Of a stretch of DNA of 64,000 nucleotides, positions 61,501-64,000 are shown piece after piece (position 1 is the first letter of the stretch; every line of letters starts with the position of its first letter). Origin of the DNA: a virus; the IMG/VR virus record IMGVR_UViG_3300026488_000025, positions 1-64,000 of that record; one strand, 5' to 3'. A model generated the notes under the pieces. That model was not told the origin of the DNA. It worked only from the letters and a program-made list of their open reading frames with translations, and searched no databases. The position numbers were made by a program, and so were the translations under genes.

Positions 61501-64000
61501 GATACTTCACTTGCTAAGTTAGTAGTTAAAGTTGTTTCAGCTCCAGTTGCTCTAGTTGTTTCTGTGTTAGCATCTGTTTCAATAGTTGTACTTCTAGCGT
61601 TGTTACTTGTAACATAAGCACTGAATTGGTCATCATTTTCAGTATCTACTGAATTGATTAAATCTACAACTTCTTTGAATGAATCTAAGTCAGCTGTACT
61701 AGCAGATAAGATTGAATCAATTCTTGCTTTTTCAACATCTAAGTTATTTTGTAAAGTTGTATCATCTGATAATCTCGTAGCACTTTCTGCGTCTAAGTTA
61801 GTTTGGATACTTAATTCAGAAGCAGTTGCTCTAGTTGTTTCAGCGATTAAATCGTTAGCCAATGTAGTTTCTGCTGTCTCAGCTCTTGATACTTCACTTA
61901 CTAAGTTATCTGTTAATAGTATCTCAGCATCTGTTGCTCTAGTTGTTTCTGTGTCCAAGTTAGTTTGTAATGTATTATCATTAGAAAGTCTTGTAGCAGT
62001 CTCAGCATCGATGTTTGCTTGTAATGTATTATCATTAGAAAGTCTAGTAGCAGTCTCAGCATCGATGTTTGCTTGAAGTTGAACATCAACTGCAGTTCTT
62101 CCTGCTTCAACTGTATCTATATTAGTTTGAAGTTGAATGTCTGCTGCTGCTCTAACATCTAATTCAGTAGCTATAGAGTCTTCCATAATATGGATTGAAG
62201 CATTAACATCTGTTTCTAGCACATCATAGTTAGTCTGCATAATAGTATCAGTAGCAATAGCTCTTGAAATTTCTGAATCTAAATCATCTCGAAGTATAGA
62301 CTCTGCAGTAGATGCTCTTGAAGTCTCTATATCGATATTATCCTGAAGAATAGTGTCTTCTGAAATTCTTGAAGTAACCTCCGAATCGATACTAGCTTGT
62401 AATGTATTGTCATTTACTTCTCTCACACCAATTTCTGCCGATAAATCTGCTTCAACTTGCGAAATCTTGATGTCATTAGAGTTTACATAAGAATTGTGAT
62501 TACCTTCAACTTCATTGATTGCTAGAACTAAACTAGTTTTATCATTTGTTGCTAATGTTAGAAGAGAACCTTCAACTGATTTAGCTCTTGATTCTTCTGT
62601 ATCGATGTTTGCTTGAAGCATAGTATCATCTGCATTTCTTTGTATTGCTTCAGTATCTAAGTTAGATTGAACTGTATCGATATTACTTTGTAATACAATA
62701 TCTTGTGAGTTAGCATTAGCAGAAACAGTATCTAAGTTAGATTGAACTGAATCAACATTTGCTTGAATAATAATATCATTAGCAAGTCTATCAGAACTCT
62801 CTGTAACAAGATTTGCTTCGATTCCAGCACTTCTATTATCATTGTTTAATACATATCCAGCAAGTGCTTGGTCATTAACAGTATCAACTGAATTAACTAA
62901 AGCAACCATTTCTGTGAATGAGTTAAGGTCGGCACTTGAACCACTAAGAATATCATCAATTCTACTTTTTTCAGTCGCTAATGCAGTACTGATATTAGTA
63001 TCTTCTTGTGTTCTTTGTTGTGTTTCTAATGATACTGTTGCTTCAATAGCAGAACTTCTCGTATCATTTGTACTTTTATAATCTAAGATAGTAGCATTAA
63101 CATCATTAACAGCACCAGTAAGTGTACTTTTTTCTAAAGTATCTAAATTTGATAAGTCACCTTCAACTGATTTAGCTCTTGCTTCTTCTGAATCGATATT
63201 AGATTGAAGAAGATTATCTGCTGCTAATCTTGTATTGTTTTCTGCAGTTATAGAACTTTCGATTCCAGTACTTCTAGTATTATTATCTTGCACATAGTTG
63301 TTGTGATTACTTTCAACTTCATTGATACTTGCAACTAAGTTTTCTTTTCTATCTGTTGTAAGGTCTAAAAGTACACCTTCAGTATTTGTAGCTCGTAGAG
63401 ATTCTGTATCAAGGTTTGTTTGTAAAGTATTATCTGCAGAAATTCTATTAGATTCTTCTACATCTATATTAGCTTGTAGTGCATTATCATTAACAGTTCT
63501 TGTATTTGCTTCAGAATCTAAATTGCTTTGTAAAGTATTATCTGCAGAAATTCTTGAATTAGTTTCAGTATCTAAGTTTGCTTGAAGTTGTGAGTCTTCT
63601 GCTAATCTAGTAACACCTTCAGAAGTTAAATCTGCTTCAATTTGTGTACTTCTTGTGTTGTTAGAAAGAACATAAGAATTGAATGTATCATCATTTGTAA
63701 CATCAACGGAATTGATAATATCAACAACTTCTTTGAATGTGTCTGCATCAGCAGTACTACTTAGTAGTATAGCATCAATTCTTGCTTTTTCAGTATCTAA
63801 TTCTGCTTGAAGTATACCATCTTCTGTTATTCTATCAGCGATTTCGCGACTTACTGAAGTTTCAATATTTGTACTTCTTTGGTCGTTTAAAGTCTTATAA
63901 ACAGAAAGCTTATCATCAAGTACTGTCTCAGCTGTGATAGCTCTTGACTCTTCAGTATCTATGTTATCTTGTAATAAAGTTTCAGCTGTGATAGCTCTTG
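58587..64000 (-). CDS. Giant repetitive coiled-coil tail-fibre-like protein (5' end outside the window)
   Basis: The same repeat pattern continues in frame beyond the track start at 63293. LQSNID.E..R repeats, repeated EKARIDSILS..ADLDSF.E.V.LIN.VD nodes, and a globular C-terminus. Confidence 0.75.
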   Translation of the reverse strand, partial: RAITAETLLQDNIDTEESRAITAETVLDDKLSVYKTLNDQRSTNIETSVSREIADRITEDGILQAELDTEKARIDAILLSSTADADTFKEVVDIINSVDVTNDDTFNSYVLSNNTRSTQIEADLTSEGVTRLAEDSQLQANLDTETNSRISADNTLQSNLDSEANTRTVNDNALQANIDVEESNRISADNTLQTNLDTESLRATNTEGVLLDLTTDRKENLVASINEVESNHNNYVQDNNTRSTGIESSITAENNTRLAADNLLQSNIDSEEARAKSVEGDLSNLDTLEKSTLTGAVNDVNATILDYKSTNDTRSSAIEATVSLETQQRTQEDTNISTALATEKSRIDDILSGSSADLNSFTEMVALVNSVDTVNDQALAGYVLNNDNRSAGIEANLVTESSDRLANDIIIQANVDSVQSNLDTVSANANSQDIVLQSNIDTVQSNLDTEAIQRNADDTMLQANIDTEESRAKSVEGSLLTLATNDKTSLVLAINEVEGNHNSYVNSNDIKISQVEADLSAEIGVREVNDNTLQASIDSEVTSRISEDTILQDNIDIETSRASTAESILRDDLDSEISRAIATDTIMQTNYDVLETDVNASIHIMEDSIATELDVRAAADIQLQTNIDTVEAGRTAVDVQLQANIDAETATRLSNDNTLQANIDAETATRLSNDNTLQTNLDTETTRATDAEILLTDNLVSEVSRAETAETTLANDLIAETTRATASELSIQTNLDAESATRLSDDTTLQNNLDVEKARIDSILSASTADLDSFKEVVDLINSVDTENDDQFSAYVTSNNARSTTIETDANTETTRATGAETTLTTNLASEVSRATTAEATLQTNIDTLTINVDADIAQVQSNLNTEISRASTKENLIQSNLDSESATRLTNDTTLQSNIDSEESRATSAESTLTANLNTEVTRATDAETLIQSNLDSESATRLANDDILTNDLSSEVSRATSKENLIQSNLDSESATRLANDNVIQANLDAEGVTRETNDTTLQSNLDIEKARIDSILSGASADLDSFTEIVNLINTVDQSNDDAFAAYVTSNDQRSTTIEGSVTAEYNRAVSAESDLNTDIVTESTTRLANDNALQNNLDTETTRATTKENLIQSNLDSESATRLANDTTLSNNLVNEVQRATTAENTLGTNLNAETVRATTEENTLNNNLNAEVTRATSSEATLQSNIDSLSNSTDASIAQVQGNLDSESATRLANDNILTNDLSSEVSRATSKENNIESNLNTEVSRATVAESVLANNLTTEATTRNDSDIILQANIDIEKARISSLETEVAQQAIVDVTLQTNIDTETARIDSILSGSSADKDSFQEIVDLINTVDQTNDDAFASYVISNNTRSNTIESDLAQEIATRGTTDNTLQASIDSEITSRATADTILQGNIDSEESTRQSADTNLQNNISAETSARTASDATLTNDLASEVVRAQSAESTLQAGINTTNATVTIISSDLSNEVSRAMTAESTLSANLSSETTRATNKENIIQNSLNTEVSNRVTADNTLQANINAEANTRATEDNNLQSNIDSLENDFVNYGIVLNGSVSDEAAIRNSNDNILQSNINAEASSRATEDTNLWVAVNNEANTRATDVSSLQTDIAIEHDKNVQQDAAIAALTVLPSVIGKATNRLATDGNTYYWEQDDGSGFAQGQAVEPYFYDSVRGKYLSHRVYDVIMYKNGTDKRDTYMNCTPQISTSSIPKLIDEDMCLTGWNLQTSSNENARNDVIFLRDGASNNVLGIDITNSGTRVTINTTENMNFNAGFELKARIMGERLSNATLTLKFRKIIQP

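Noticed and set aside
60300-62100. CRISPR-like repeat array
   Set aside because: The repeats are in frame within the fibre gene, irregularly spaced, and have no unique spacers.
63293-63293. Track start codon for the fibre gene
   Set aside because: The same repeat pattern continues in frame toward the window end, so the true start lies outside the window.
1-64000. Alternative genetic code or stop-codon recoding
   Set aside because: Core genes translate full length in the standard code and end in TAA, TAG or TGA; the two truncations coincide with endonuclease insertions.

Overview
This is a 64-kb AT-rich segment of a large T4-like myovirus, coded mostly on the minus strand. The host is probably Campylobacterota, judged from the epsilonproteobacterial-type CheY and TTAAG...TATAAT early promoters. 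Structural genes include the head cluster (gp20 portal, core protein, gp21, gp22, gp23), gp13, gp2, gp4, a gp24-like capsid paralogue and a giant repeat tail-fibre-like gene running off the right end. Replication and metabolism genes include a ligase fragment, EndoVII, an origin-binding-type SF2 helicase, primase, RNase H, gp32, Dda, a Cas4-like nuclease, dCMP deaminase, PhoH and ClpX. There are seven free-standing homing-endonuclease-like genes. The main unexplained signals are: (1) a structure-conserved, sequence-divergent leader of interleaved inverted repeats between a late promoter and the start codon of both HNH and GIY-YIG endonucleases; (2) a Ro60/TROVE gene flanked by three RNAs sharing a covarying double-internal-loop stem (candidate new Y-RNA class); (3) a dispersed motility and c-di-GMP signalling kit (CheY, a membrane protein with a FliM-like CheY-binding peptide, EAL-HDOD, PAS-HD-GYP, a histidine kinase); (4) nine unrelated small proteins sharing a C-terminal xPHLFL-type tag; (5) Thg1 and ligase genes split by endonuclease insertion; (6) a capsid-targeted metallothionein-like micropeptide. 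All calls come from reading motifs by eye; no database searches were run.
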